NCBI GenBank assembly: GCA_001662655.1
Contig: KV460206.1
Reading direction: 5' to 3' (one strand)
Length of the DNA: 64,000 nucleotides
Source of the DNA: Pseudogymnoascus verrucosus
Taxonomy: Eukaryota
This document shows, piece after piece, positions 12,857-24,309 of the stretch. The position numbers were made by a program, and so were the translations under genes. Within the stretch, counting starts at the first letter, position 1, and each line of letters opens with the position of its first letter. The notes beneath the pieces were generated by a model that worked only from the letters and a program-made list of their open reading frames with translations, did not search any database and was not told the origin of the DNA.

Positions 12857-13633
12857 TCAGTGCTGCACAGAGACTGCAAAAAAATGCACTTCTGAAGAAG
12901 CATTTCCTTGGTTGTAGTTCCCGGCCTTGAAATAACTCAACGGCGGGTTCAAGTTTCCCAAACTAATTGTCTTCGCAGCGCCACCATTAATACCCAAGGT
13001 CAGGATACTATTCTCATACCGAATATCATAGCTGAAAGTCGTCTTTAAAGGAATATTTCCAAAAGACGTGTAGTATTCAGGACCACCCGATCGTGACTTG
13101 TGGACTCCCATAGTAAGGTCTCCTTTCGAGTTATAATAAAGCTTTGCCACTGGATAGTTTGATACGCTCGAGTCCATGTGGATCTGGCCAACTATTGTGC
13201 CATGTTTGCTGTCATCGGCCTTAGGTACAGAGAGGGTGGCGCTGAGTCGGTTTTTAGCAGCCTTCGGGTCCCAGCTCGAAGGATTCTCTTCGCGAAGCTC
13301 CGTTCGACAGTACTTGGTGTTTGGAGTTGTCACGCATCCGGAGGACGAAGGTGAACCAGGAACTTTCATGACCATAGCGCCATCTCCACTCTCCGTGAAG
13401 AAGTAATCATGTCCCGGATCCTGGTATCCAGAGCACCCTTCAAGGGCTGACTCGGAAATCGTCGTCGGGCTGCCCGGACTGCCAATGGGAAGTTGAAGTT
13501 CCCAAGTAGAAAAGTCAAAGTTGCCACCAGGAGCGCAGCTGGGATTGAGAGCCCGAGTCTCCAATGCGTAGCCTAGAACCACCGCACCAAAAGCGAGCGA
13601 GAATGCAAGAGTTGACAGGGCAAGACGAGACAT
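12857..13633 (-). CDS. Secreted polysaccharide lyase family 7 (alginate/glucuronan lyase), intronless
   Basis: N-terminal signal peptide; all three PL7 motifs RTELRE, QIH and YFKAGNYNQ. Confidence 0.92.
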   Translation of the reverse strand: MSRLALSTLAFSLAFGAVVLGYALETRALNPSCAPGGNFDFSTWELQLPIGSPGSPTTISESALEGCSGYQDPGHDYFFTESGDGAMVMKVPGSPSSSGCVTTPNTKYCRTELREENPSSWDPKAAKNRLSATLSVPKADDSKHGTIVGQIHMDSSVSNYPVAKLYYNSKGDLTMGVHKSRSGGPEYYTSFGNIPLKTTFSYDIRYENSILTLGINGGAAKTISLGNLNPPLSYFKAGNYNQGNASSEVHFFAVSVQH

Positions 13634-13896
13634 TGTGCAATAATTGATTTATAAACCTAATGAAGAGGCAGCGACCTGATGCAATATTCGTAGGAGCAGT
13701 GGGGATGGTGTTATTTATAGAATTACCGAAATCGTACAAATTATATGCCCCACGCACTTATAAGAGGGAAACGAAATTACTGTATATGCCCCCCGCACTT
13801 CTAATACGGAAACTTGGTCTGGTTCGTGGAATAAAATTCCCGATACGAATAACTACATGTCATCCTTGAATCCTGCTAGGCTTGTGTGGGGAGAAT

Positions 13897-14126
13897 TTAA
13901 TCTGCTTTGATCATTCAATAATAATTGGAGCTTGGACTCGGATTTGACCGGCCGATTATTGCTCGATATCCGTTGCTAAAACATGCATGTCTCACAACCC
14001 CATGTTCTCGCAGCCAAATTGCACGGGGCTACAAACAAAAGTTAATCTGCTCTAATTCATTCAATAATACATCGAGCATTGACTCGGATTTGAGCGTCCG
14101 AGCAACGCTGCGGTATCCGTTGCTAA
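13897..14126. repeat. Degenerate ~85-bp direct duplication in the PL7/MFS divergent promoter
   Basis: 13897-13979 vs 14042-14126 share TTAATCTGCT, TCATTCAATAATA, GACTCGGATTTGA and TATCCGTTGCTAA. Confidence 0.8.
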
Positions 14127-14939
14127 TATAGCCATTTCTCCCGACACCGAGGCTCTGGCCAAACTACGGAGGATGATGAGGGATGATGAGAGACTACGAC
14201 CAGCAGTCTTATGTAATGAGTACCAAACCCTGGATGGGGCTCGGGATACATTCGCACCACCCTGTGGGGCTTACACTCGCACCACCGAAGATCACTTTCC
14301 CTTTTCGGTCAGGCTTCGTGCGAATATAAAGATTGTGCGGTGAGTGCGCACTGTAAAGTTAGTGAGTAGCCACTGCAGAAATACTAATAATGCATTATAA
14401 CTACTTCTCTAAGTGCTTAAGCATAAGAATACATTAGAAAGCGATTTATTTAAGTAATAAAGGTCCATTTAAGCTTAAGTATTATTTCCAGCTTCCGTGG
14501 TTGTAAATTTGCGGAGTTAAATAAGCAACCCCTAGCGGTCACACACTCGTTCACTCCCGGTTGTGAGGAACAATTCTGTTCCACCACTCGGATCAAATAC
14601 AATAGGTCTGCTTTTGTCGAAGGTCCTAAAGGGACGCTGATTATTCCGCTGGGGCCCCGCGATACAGGAAGAAGAAGAATAAGAAGGGTGGAGGGAGTAC
14701 CTAGAGTGGCGCTCTGTACCGTCCTTGTAGGCTGAGCCCGGCCGACCTTTACCCCGGGTTCCGACTGAGATAAAGCTAATAAGTCAACATCTATCTGTCT
14801 CCCCGCATTTTTCGAATATTGTGGAATCCATCGCCGACATTCACACGCTCGAACTGAGCAAAAGCCAACGCTTGGACAACGGCAGACATCAACCCGACAC
14901 GCACAACAGACTCGGCAGCATCTCTCATAACCCGCCATA

Positions 14940-16541
14940 ATGTTACATATCGACCCAGCAGCCTCCCCTGGAATTAGAGGCATGATGCTCCAAGATGTCT
15001 TGCCAAAGCGAAATAAAATGTGGTGGTCATACAAGAACTTGCGAACCCTCAATCTTCTTCTCCTATGTGCAATAGTCACTGATATCACAAACGGCTACGA
15101 TGGATCAATGTTGAACGGCATTCAAAGCGTTCCGCAATGGCAGAAGTTCTTCGGTCATCCTACTGGTGCCAGGCTAGGAACTATCTCAAACGGAGTCAGA
15201 TATGGTCAAATTGGAGGCCTCTTTCTTTGTGCACCAATTATCCAGAGGTTTGGAAGGAAATGGCCAATTGCTTTTGGATCTTCCCTTCTTCTAATCGGAG
15301 TTGTGCTTCAAGCTTCTGCACAAAGCTACGCCATGTTTGTTATTGGCCGTATTCTGATCGGATTCGGTAATACTATCCAGCAAACCGCATGCCCAATCCT
15401 TATTTCAGAGCTCGCATATCCAGATCAGCGAGCTCAGATAGTTGGATTCATGATCAGCACTGGATCCTTAGGCTCGCTGATGGCTGCTTGGATTACATAC
15501 GGCACAGCGACTATAGCTGGATCCTGGTCTTGGCGTTCTCCGAGTGCACTACAGGCAATATCTTCACTTTTTCAAATTAGCCTGTGCTTCTTTGTACCTG
15601 AGTCGCCGCGATGGCTAGTGCACAACAACCGCAGGGACGAGGCCTTAGAGATCTTAACAAAGTATCATGCCGAAGGGGACCAGAACTCAGAACTACTAAA
15701 GTTTGAGATTGCCGAGATCGATTATGCTCTTGAGATAGAGAGGGCACAATCTACGAGCTCATGGAAAGAGTGGATCAGAACGGCGGCAAACAGACGCAGA
15801 CTTTGGATCGTTATCACGGCTGGCTTTATCCCTCAATGGACTGGAAATGCCTTGATTTCATATTACTTACATCTGGTCTTGAACTCAATCGGCATTACGA
15901 ACTCTAAGACCCAACTCATTATTAACGGATGCATTAACATAAATGGGGTTATCTGGGGAAATATTTTTTCTGTGCTTGTTAATAAGATTGGTCGACGCCC
16001 TCTATTTTTGTACGGCACGGTGGGAATGTTCTGCGCCTTCTTGATTATAACAATCTTGACTGCAATCAACACTGGCCAGGACTTCGCCAACCCTGGTATG
16101 GGTCATACAACGATTGCAATGATATTGATTTTCGGGGCCTTTTATAAAATGCCCGGCGTTGCGTTCCCTAGTTACACAGCGGAAGTCGCACCTTACGAGC
16201 TCCGTGCAAAGGCATTTGTTATCACAGGTTTTGGGGATGCACTTGCAAATCTTTTCAGTGGATACACTAATCCCATTGCTCTTGCTGCCATAGGCTGGAA
16301 GTACTACATTGTCTGGTGCTGTGTTTTGATCAGCAACTTCTTTATTATGTACTTTTTCTATCCTGAAACCAAGAATCTTTCCTTAGAGGAGGTAGCGCAG
16401 ATGTTTGACGACAGCGCAGCGCACAACAAGCTGGTGGATGAAGAGATGCCGGATGTCAATGCTAAGGACACCGTTGAGATGGGGGAGACACCTAAGCATA
16501 TTGAACACTCCCCTGTTCAAACCGGCAAATTAATTATCTGA
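14940..16541 (+). CDS. MFS sugar porter (lactose/cellodextrin permease-like), intronless
   Basis: NGYDGSMLNG, RFGRK, PESPRWL, QWTGN, GRRPL, PETKNLSLEE; multiple hydrophobic helices. Confidence 0.92.
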   Translation: MLHIDPAASPGIRGMMLQDVLPKRNKMWWSYKNLRTLNLLLLCAIVTDITNGYDGSMLNGIQSVPQWQKFFGHPTGARLGTISNGVRYGQIGGLFLCAPIIQRFGRKWPIAFGSSLLLIGVVLQASAQSYAMFVIGRILIGFGNTIQQTACPILISELAYPDQRAQIVGFMISTGSLGSLMAAWITYGTATIAGSWSWRSPSALQAISSLFQISLCFFVPESPRWLVHNNRRDEALEILTKYHAEGDQNSELLKFEIAEIDYALEIERAQSTSSWKEWIRTAANRRRLWIVITAGFIPQWTGNALISYYLHLVLNSIGITNSKTQLIINGCININGVIWGNIFSVLVNKIGRRPLFLYGTVGMFCAFLIITILTAINTGQDFANPGMGHTTIAMILIFGAFYKMPGVAFPSYTAEVAPYELRAKAFVITGFGDALANLFSGYTNPIALAAIGWKYYIVWCCVLISNFFIMYFFYPETKNLSLEEVAQMFDDSAAHNKLVDEEMPDVNAKDTVEMGETPKHIEHSPVQTGKLII

Positions 16542-17399
16542 GTTTTTTTTACTCCCTTTGTAATCTACTAGTCCACCCAGGAGAGTTTCGTTAGAAAGGG
16601 GACCACCCACCTAATTAGCAATATGGCGTTTTTTAACTCTTTCTTCTCGCTCCATGGAGACTCCATTGTAGAGGTACGCAATAAATCCAGTTAGCAGTTT
16701 TACCAATTAAAAATGAGAGAGGCGACAACAAGGGCAAAGGTCTAGCACAAAGGGTTGAACAGGGAGCTATTACATTGAAAATTGAGGAGGACTTACTTAC
16801 AGATGATTTGTCTGACTGATTTGTCTAACTTAGAATTGGGTACCGTTAGTTGTATTAGTAGAAAAATGATTTGAAGTTGGAAGATGGGGGTTGTGGTGTC
16901 AATTACGCCATTATGCCATTGCCCACGTTATGCTTTAGTCCCTGGCACGATTGGTTCTCATTTAAGCTTTCTGCATAAGAACGAGGTGACAAAGAGCGAG
17001 AGAAGGGATTGTGTTAAGATATGGAAATACAAGCTGCTCCAGCGTGCCCGGGATATCCACTAGCTTGATCTCCCTCTAAATACCTCACCTATCCCTAACC
17101 TAGCCTTGCTATAATAGCATGCGCTGCCGCCTCTGTACTAAGTGTCTTCATATCTATGATGGTGGCAAGATCAAGGAGTAGTAAAATAGACAGTCCTCTC
17201 ATTAATGATTGCCACCCCTGTCTTGTATCAGACCTTCTACTAGAGTGGTTTCACACACTTTTCTTAAGTCGCTACACGTTAGAACTTGATTAGAGAAGAT
17301 CCGACGTAGACCAGCCACCTCCTCCCACTTCACTTAAGACTAAGGTTGAGTTTCAGCTAGCCAAGAAGACGCGGGTTTTAGAGGTGAGAGCTGGTGCAG

Positions 17400-17950
17400 T
17401 ACTTCAGCCTCCCCTAGAGCAGTCAGCCTGGTAGCACCTTAGTAAATCCACCTTCGCTATAAAAAGATCACTTCCTCCCGTTGGAAATTCACATCTGGCC
17501 TCCCCCCTTAATGCTCGATCCCGCGAGAGAAAGGATGATACTAGGAACAGATTCCGCCTGTGTTCGAGCTCCGTAACTGGGTCCGCCGGCTTGTGAGCCC
17601 CCTCTTGTAACATGCTACACCAAAGTTGTTCCATTTTAGGAGAGATTTGACACAAAATCTTGCATCTGAATCGTGTAGCCACAATATTGAAAACTGTTTC
17701 CCACGTCGGTCGAAGCCTATATCTTTAAGGAGGTGTAGCAACTTTGTAAATATACGCATACACTGCATTTATCTTTCTTGATTGGCTGACTCCACTCGGT
17801 AAAGCTGTCAACTCCTCTGATCGCTAATGTCGCCTTCACCATTAAGTTTTCCCATCCATCAACTTTGAGGCTGTCGATCTAATGGAAAAGAGGCTCTTCG
17901 ATTAGGGTTGACAGAGTACTCTTCGGGTAAGACTTGTCTATAAAGATCGG
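17400..17950 (-). pseudogene. Possible frameshifted relic of a fungal hypothetical protein
   Basis: Protein-like segments in two adjacent frames (KDIGFDRRGKQFSILW.HDSDARFCVK then QLWCSMLQ); recognised by eye only. Confidence 0.3.
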
Positions 17951-18105
17951 GCTGTTCTTGGCTCCCTATGCCTTGCTAACCGCCTTGGATTAGTGGCACA
18001 GAGTCGGCCCTTAATAGTGGTCTTAAACCTTCATCTGGTCCGGGTCTAAAAATTGGGACCAAAACTCTTACATGAGCGGTCTAATGCAGTCTGGTATGGC
18101 CAGTT

Positions 18106-18255
18106 TAGTAATTGTGGGTTCTCGAAAACCTCTGCTGTCATCATGCTACAGTGACGAGAGTAGCAGTCAGAAAGTTCGTCAGAAAGTTTGTCAGAAAATC
18201 AGTGGGTCCAGCTAATCGTCCCCGTTACGACGGGTTCGAGAACCCACAATTACTA
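18106..18255. repeat. MITE-like 150-bp inverted-repeat element
   Basis: Perfect 21-bp inverted repeat TAGTAATTGTGGGTTCTCGAA (18106-18126 / 18235-18255), TA at both ends. Confidence 0.7.
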
Positions 18256-18720
18256 CCATACCTTGTTAATTAGTCTAATTGCGTTCACATTGATTCCAAA
18301 TCTTTCTTATACTGCTGAGAGTCAACTACCGAGACCTTAAGCTCGCAGCAGAGAGTCGGCCCTTATTTCACTCTGTCGTAGTTCCAGCCGTAGAGCTAAG
18401 CGGTCTAGTCCCTGTCTGGTCTCTGCAGTTTAATCTGGCAAGCCTAGTATGTAGTGTAATCCAACATTTTGCTAAGGTCTACCCTACTAAAAATATATAT
18501 TCCCTTGGTAGAAATGGGAATTCCATCTCTATGATCTAACTTAAGTTCACTTGCCTTCGAAATCTGCGTCCTCGCGCTGTTATTAGGCAATGTCCACCCA
18601 TCCTTAGCCACTTCATCACGTGCGGTAGAGCCTGGGGAAGTCACCTAATGAGGGGGTTAAATTTGGAGCTAGCTATAATAGTACTAATGTATGCTGAAAT
18701 GTGGGTCAGAATAGCCGTCC

Positions 18721-18851
18721 GTGCAGACACTGACGATTAGCTGGACCCACTGATTTTCTGACAAACTTTCTGACGAACTCCCTTCCCTCAAATTCTGACT
18801 GCTCCCTTCTCTTCACTGTCGCATGATGATCTACCTAGCCCATCAAGAGAA
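18721..18851 (+). promoter_or_regulatory. Shared TTCTGAC-rich promoter module, copy upstream of bZIP gene
   Basis: Aligns with 20151-20277 and, inverted, with 18137-18220. Confidence 0.7.
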
Positions 18852-18890
18852 CAGCAAGCATCTTGAACCTTGAATTTTGTCATCATCATC

Positions 18891-19781
18891 ATGAAACCCT
18901 TCTGGCTGCCCTTCATCAAGTCTCAAAGCGATGACTGGAGCGCAGTGTTAGATCGTAAGGAGCGCAAAAGGATACAAGATCGACTTTCACAGAGAGCAAG
19001 ACGTAATTACTCACGTTTCATTTCCAACATATAAAACTAACGTGAGCTGCTTCTAGGCCGGAAACTGGCTGGGAAAGGAGCAGACCTACTTTGCAGATCA
19101 TGGGAGTCAGCCCGTGACATAGATCTCTCAGAAGTGGGGGGTTCTAATTCTGACCACACCACACAAGCTCTGGGCAATGAAGAAAATCTGGTCTCTGCAA
19201 ATGAAACTCGACCAGGATACAGCTGTGCTGTGTCTCCTACCCATTTCGAACCTCTGCCATCGGCATCAATCGACCTTCAGACCTCAAATTCACTACCACT
19301 TCCGGATCCCGCTATTGACAGTAAATGGCTGGCCCTCTATTCTATGGACTCATTGCATGCCTTCACTACTCTTGGCCGTATGCTCCAGCTAGTCTGTATT
19401 GGATCGCCACAGCCCTATCTAAGCCCCCATCCATCAGCGTCAACTCCTGCAACGCTTGCTCCAACATTGCAGCAACAGCTGGTTCTGCACCATACCTTTG
19501 TGGACATCTTACCTTTTCCGTCGCTTCGTGATAGTATTATCGGTGCACTGCAAATCACGGATCAGGACACACTTTGTAAGGACTTGCCACACGACGAGTG
19601 GCGGCTTTGGGGCTCTGAGCCATGGGACCCTTGTGGGTGGGAGATTAGTGAGGTATTCGTGAAAAAATGGTGGTGGCTGTTAGATCAGGAGATGTTGGAG
19701 ATGACGAATTTTTGGAGGAGGCAGCAGGGTATGTGTCCCTTGGTGTTAGCAGACATCAGGGAAAATTTTAGGACTAGTTAA
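18891..19781 (+). CDS. bZIP-like transcription factor with DUF3425 domain, 2 exons
   Basis: Exon 1 DDWSAVLDRKERKRIQDRLSQRARR spliced (gtaatt…ctaac…tag) in frame to the ORF with HHTFVDILPFPSLRD, WG..PWDP..WEIS..FVKKWWWLL, TNFWR. Confidence 0.85.
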
Positions 19782-20150
19782 CTTATAGCAGTGTCACTTG
19801 GTGCAATTGAATCGCCCTGAATCGTGAACAGTATACCGCTAGTTTAGTTAGGATACCTAGTGAAGTGGATAATTGTTATTTTGTCGCTTCAAACGTAGCT
19901 CTGCTCCACCTCTCTTACTCTATGGCTCTCTCAATTATAACTTAAATCCCGTTTTAGTTAACTTCTGCTTAATGGTCTTGTGCAGACCGCCTAGCGTTGG
20001 TCGGATTGAGAGCCGACGGTTAGCGTATCAGTACATTCTGTCGTGGTTCCTTCTTTAAATATTATACTGTTAAGAAACTTTCGGAACTTCGGTTCATATT
20101 TGATACGTCGATATAGCTTGGAAATTGTATCGATTTACTATTAATCGTTG

Positions 20151-20277
20151 GTGCGGACACCGACGATTAGCTGGATCCACTTATTTTCTGACGAACTGTC
20201 TGACGCGTCTTCTCTCAATTTCTGACTGCTCCTCTCGTCACTGTCTCATGATGACCCACCTAGCCCATCAAAAGAAC
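20151..20277 (+). promoter_or_regulatory. Shared TTCTGAC-rich promoter module, copy upstream of SDR gene
   Basis: Direct paralogue of 18721-18851. Confidence 0.7.
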
Positions 20278-20474
20278 CATGAAGAGCCAGAGAAGAAGTA
20301 AAGTACTCCTTCTCTGACGGCTTTTCTGACATAGCTGTAACGCCCATCATTTCTCCCACTCATTGCCACTTCTATAAGAGCTTATGCTTGCCTTCTCTCC
20401 TTTTTAGTGTCAAATACATCACTATCTATCAATTCTTTGTACCCCATCTTCTTCACCTTCAGTGCCTCATTAAA

Positions 20475-21466
20475 ATGTCATTTCCCAAGACCTTGAGTCT
20501 TCTCTCCTGTACAGCTATTGTAACGGGCGGCACCCGTGGCATTGGCAAAGGAATTTCGATGGAGCTAGCCCGCCGAGGAGCTTCAGTTGCACTAGTCTAT
20601 GGGAATCCTGCCCGTGCCTCCGATGCTGCCTCAACAGTCGCCGAGATCGTGGCTCTTAACAAAGACATCAAAGCAATTGCAATCTGCGCCGATTTAAGGG
20701 ACAGAGAATCTCCAAAACGAATCGTGGAGGAGACCCTTAGAGCTCTGGGCACAGAAAAGATTGATATTCTAGGTACGTGGCGCTTCGCTGGCCTCTTTTA
20801 GTTCTGCTGGCTTACGCGCAATGAAACATAGTTCACAATGCAGCAAACCCAGAGACAACACCAACGCCGAACGTGACACATGAAATATTTGATACCGTTA
20901 TGGATGTCGGCTTGCGTGCCCCTTTTTTCCTGACACAAGCTGCACAGCCGTATATGCACCCAGGCAGTCGTATCATCTTCATATCTAGCACTTCAGCCCG
21001 ATCGCCTTCACCGGGAATTACACTACCGCTATATGCAGCAAGCAAAGCCGCAGGGGAAAGCTTGGTACGGAGTTGGGCGTTCGAGGTTCGCCAGCTACTT
21101 CCTGAGCCTATAGATTTGCAATGTTGCAACTGACCATGCGTAGTTTGGACACTCACACGGTATAACCGTTAACGGTGAGGACCTACTTTTACAATTGATT
21201 TGGGCACGTTCTAGAATAAGCAAAGTTTGAAGCTGACTGTCTTTCTAGCCGTCTCTGTAGCCTATGTCGAGACTGAAGCTGTTTCCGTGGTTCCCGCTGC
21301 TCAGCTAGAAGCGTACCGTATGGCGAGTGCCAAAATTACTGCTGCAGCACCGCGCCCTGGAACCCCAGATGATATTGCGCAGATTGTGGCCTTTTTGGCT
21401 AGTGATAGTGCAAGGTGGGTGACGGGAAGCACAGTGAGTGCTAATGGTGGGCGACTCTTATTCTAA
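20475..21466 (+). CDS. Short-chain dehydrogenase/reductase, multi-exon
   Basis: TGGTRGIG cofactor motif, YAASK catalytic motif, GTPDDIAQIVAFLAS…WVTG C-terminus. Confidence 0.9.
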
Positions 21467-21599
21467 AGACGTTCAAATGAATGATAAAGCATTTCACGGA
21501 CTGAACATAATTCTTTAGAAAATCATTTTTAAACTTGAAATTTCATTAAGAGATTATTGCGTTTAATACGCAGAAATGTTGTTTAATTTGTAGCGAGAC

Positions 21600-22700
21600 A
21601 AAGCCTAGTGTTTAGCATAGGTAGGTAAATACCTAGCTTAAACGCTATTTCCCTACATAAGTTAGTTATATGCTTTACCCCCTAGGAGTGAAAACCCCTA
21701 AATTTTTACCTTAACTCTAAAGAAGTAATTAGGTTGCTAACCTTACTAGGATAGTAAGGTAGCCTAGGACTACCCTACCTAGAAGCTAACTACTACTACT
21801 ACTATAGTTAGTTATAGGGGTTAAAGGTGTTACGACATAACCTAACAAAACTAGTCTATACTTTAATAAGGGTTTCACTAGAACTATATGTATTACGTTA
21901 TAACCCCTATTTATAGGATGTACACTTATAAGGGACATGCTAGAACTATAGCAAGTGTTATATTATAGATTTATTTTCTAAAATACATTACTATCTTTCT
22001 ATATAATATTAAAAACGTTACAATTATATTAAGGATTATAAATTATAGCAATTATAGAGTGACTCTATTACTAATTTATAGCTAGAGTATAGTAATCATT
22101 AAGCTTCTTTAGTGTAATTAAAGTAGCATTAGTAATTAGGCTTTGTTCTAGTAGCATACTTCTTATATCTTTAAGCTTCTTAATCATTCTTATATACTAT
22201 AGAAAAGCGTAGTTAAGAGTTAGATAAGAAGAGCCCTATAGCTTCTTAGTTAGGTAGCTAAAGATATATAATAGCTTTAACAAGTTATAAAGTAGAAGTA
22301 GAAGTAGAAGTAGAAGTAGAAGTAGAAGTAGAAGTAGAAGTAGAAGTAGAAGTAGAAGTAGAAGTAGAAGTAGAAGTAGAAGTAGAAGTAGAAGTAGAAG
22401 TAGAAGTAGAAGTAGAAGCAGACAGCGTTAACGAGCTTCTACTTAAGGAGGATAGCTTCTCGTATTTTGCGTGTATAGATGGGTGCATCTTCTTAAGATG
22501 CTTCTAAAGATTGCTCGTCGTCTAGCTCTTTAGTAGCTAGCTCAGCATATAGCTACAATCAGTTTGAAGGCATTAGTATTAGATTCTAGCATGTATTATA
22601 TCTAATAAAGTACGGTAGAATAGCCCTTTTGAAAAGAGGATTAATGTAGAATCAGGTAATTAAACTCTTAAAGGCATATATAGCATTAGAATAAGGGGCG
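21600..22700. mobile_element. Heavily RIP-degraded repeat, family not identifiable
   Basis: Abrupt AT- and TpA-rich block without ORFs between intact genes. Confidence 0.6.
22290..22418. repeat. (GAAGTA)n hexanucleotide microsatellite, ~21 units
   Basis: Perfect tandem repeat read directly. Confidence 0.95.
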
Positions 22701-22864
22701 GCAGCTCTAGAGCATCAGACTAATACTCAGCCAGCACTAGCGACAGAGAAGAGCCACTCATTTTCACAGTTAGGAAGTAATACGGAACGTTCAAGTAGAA
22801 GAAAGCTTCAATTATCTATTCTATTCTACGCCTAGTTACCCCTCATTCCCAAAGGCTTGGCAGC

Positions 22865-22986
22865 ACTCGGAGTACTCGGAGTAGTACTCGGCGAGTCCCC
22901 AAGTACTCAAAAATATCACCCGAGTACAGTAGTACTCGGGGACTCACCGAGTACTACTCACGGCGAGTACTACTCGGGCAACACTG
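22865..22986 (-). mobile_element. hAT-like terminus with GAGTACT subterminal repeats
   Basis: Ends …GGGCAACACTG (reverse complement CAGTGTTGCCC); 29-bp imperfect inverted repeat 22879-22907 / 22931-22959. Confidence 0.5.
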
Positions 22987-23100
22987 ACACCTTGTAGTAG
23001 ATATATTTGTAGCTATATTTATAAATTATGCATGAAAAAGTATAGTGCGTATTAAATTAAGAGGCATGATTTTTGGTGCTTGTATCAATGTGTGTTGTTT

Positions 23101-24309
23101 TTATATAACCTTGCCATTAAACCTCTCGACCTTGCTAATCGACACATCATCAAGCTGTTCAACTGCTGGACGCAGTGCCCATAGGTCTGTTCCAGGTGGC
23201 GCTTGTAATTTGCTGACAGCCTCTTCTGTTGTCGGATTTCCAGCATCAGCTGAAGCATGAATAACATCAGACGCAGCATATGCTGCAAAGCTCATCTCTG
23301 GGAATTTCCATTGACTCGTACAAGTAGCAGCGGGAACAATAAAATCAATTCCAGCATGGATGCTTTGACCTTCAGGACCTTTGTAGCCCCAGAGATCGAT
23401 TCCGACTTTCGTACCCATTGCAGCCGCTCGTGTGTATGCAACAAGGTTGAAGACAGAGTAATGCCAGCTGCGTGTCCGTACAAGTTCCTTAGGTTGTGAG
23501 CCATCGGCATTTATATCGTCTTTGATACGGGATTGTATCAAGAGTAACTCCTGCTTTGCTATTTCAGCCTTGCCGACAAAAAGTGCTATGCCAGCTTTTT
23601 GCATGATCGCGAATGTGCCATGATTATTTTCGGCAGCACTTTCTATAATCCCAAAGGTGCTATTCGACAGCCAATCTAGGAATTCTAGGTTCCACTGGTG
23701 GAATCCTTCCATGTCACTTCGGGTCCAATCAGAAGCCCCCACCCCTAGAATAGCAGCAGCATCTAAAACGCTAGTATAGCCTTGTGCAAAATCAATGATC
23801 CCAATGTGTCGTCCTGTATTAACCCCAGGGATAATTTGTGCGTGGTTCAGATTCGGTCTCATACGCGTCTCCTCTGACAGGAACCAGGTGCGGATAATAT
23901 TGCTAGCATGTTTTGCATAAGCTTCTCTCTCGGTATAATACCACGCAAGGCTGAGAATCAAGGAGGCTTGAAAGAGGTTCCTGCGGCCTGCATGATCTGT
24001 GTAATTATCTACTTCGGGATTTCGTTCTCCATCGCGTTGCATGTAAGGAACGCCGATAGAACTGCCAGAGGGCCACCAGTATGGGGCCTGGCTAGCGTAG
24101 TCGTGTTTATCGCCGCTTGGTGGATATATAGCTTTAGTTGTGACCGACCAGGGTCCTTGTTTTAACCACTTATCTGCTTGTGCAGTCAAGTAACTCAATC
24201 GAGTCTTCAGTTGAGCATCGCCAAGTTTGATCAGCAACTTCGCCTTCAGGAGCCTGGATCCATCTAAGACGATGGTGTTTGGAACCACATCTTTGTTAGG
24301 TTGTGCCAT
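23101..24309 (-). CDS. PL38-type (Alginate_lyase PF05426 fold) lyase, no signal peptide, intronless
   Basis: DKHDYASQAPYWWP, RDGERNPE, M.PNLNHAQ, NNHGT, QPKEL.RTRSWHYS; first ATG gives MAQPNKDVVP with no hydrophobic leader. Confidence 0.85.
   Translation of the reverse strand: MAQPNKDVVPNTIVLDGSRLLKAKLLIKLGDAQLKTRLSYLTAQADKWLKQGPWSVTTKAIYPPSGDKHDYASQAPYWWPSGSSIGVPYMQRDGERNPEVDNYTDHAGRRNLFQASLILSLAWYYTEREAYAKHASNIIRTWFLSEETRMRPNLNHAQIIPGVNTGRHIGIIDFAQGYTSVLDAAAILGVGASDWTRSDMEGFHQWNLEFLDWLSNSTFGIIESAAENNHGTFAIMQKAGIALFVGKAEIAKQELLLIQSRIKDDINADGSQPKELVRTRSWHYSVFNLVAYTRAAAMGTKVGIDLWGYKGPEGQSIHAGIDFIVPAATCTSQWKFPEMSFAAYAASDVIHASADAGNPTTEEAVSKLQAPPGTDLWALRPAVEQLDDVSISKVERFNGKVI

Noticed and set aside
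14450..15088. 212-aa minus-strand ORF
   Set aside because: Overlaps the MFS promoter and start antisense; no domain features.
22285..22488. ORF with (ST)n repeat
   Set aside because: Produced by the GAAGTA microsatellite inside a RIP-degraded block.
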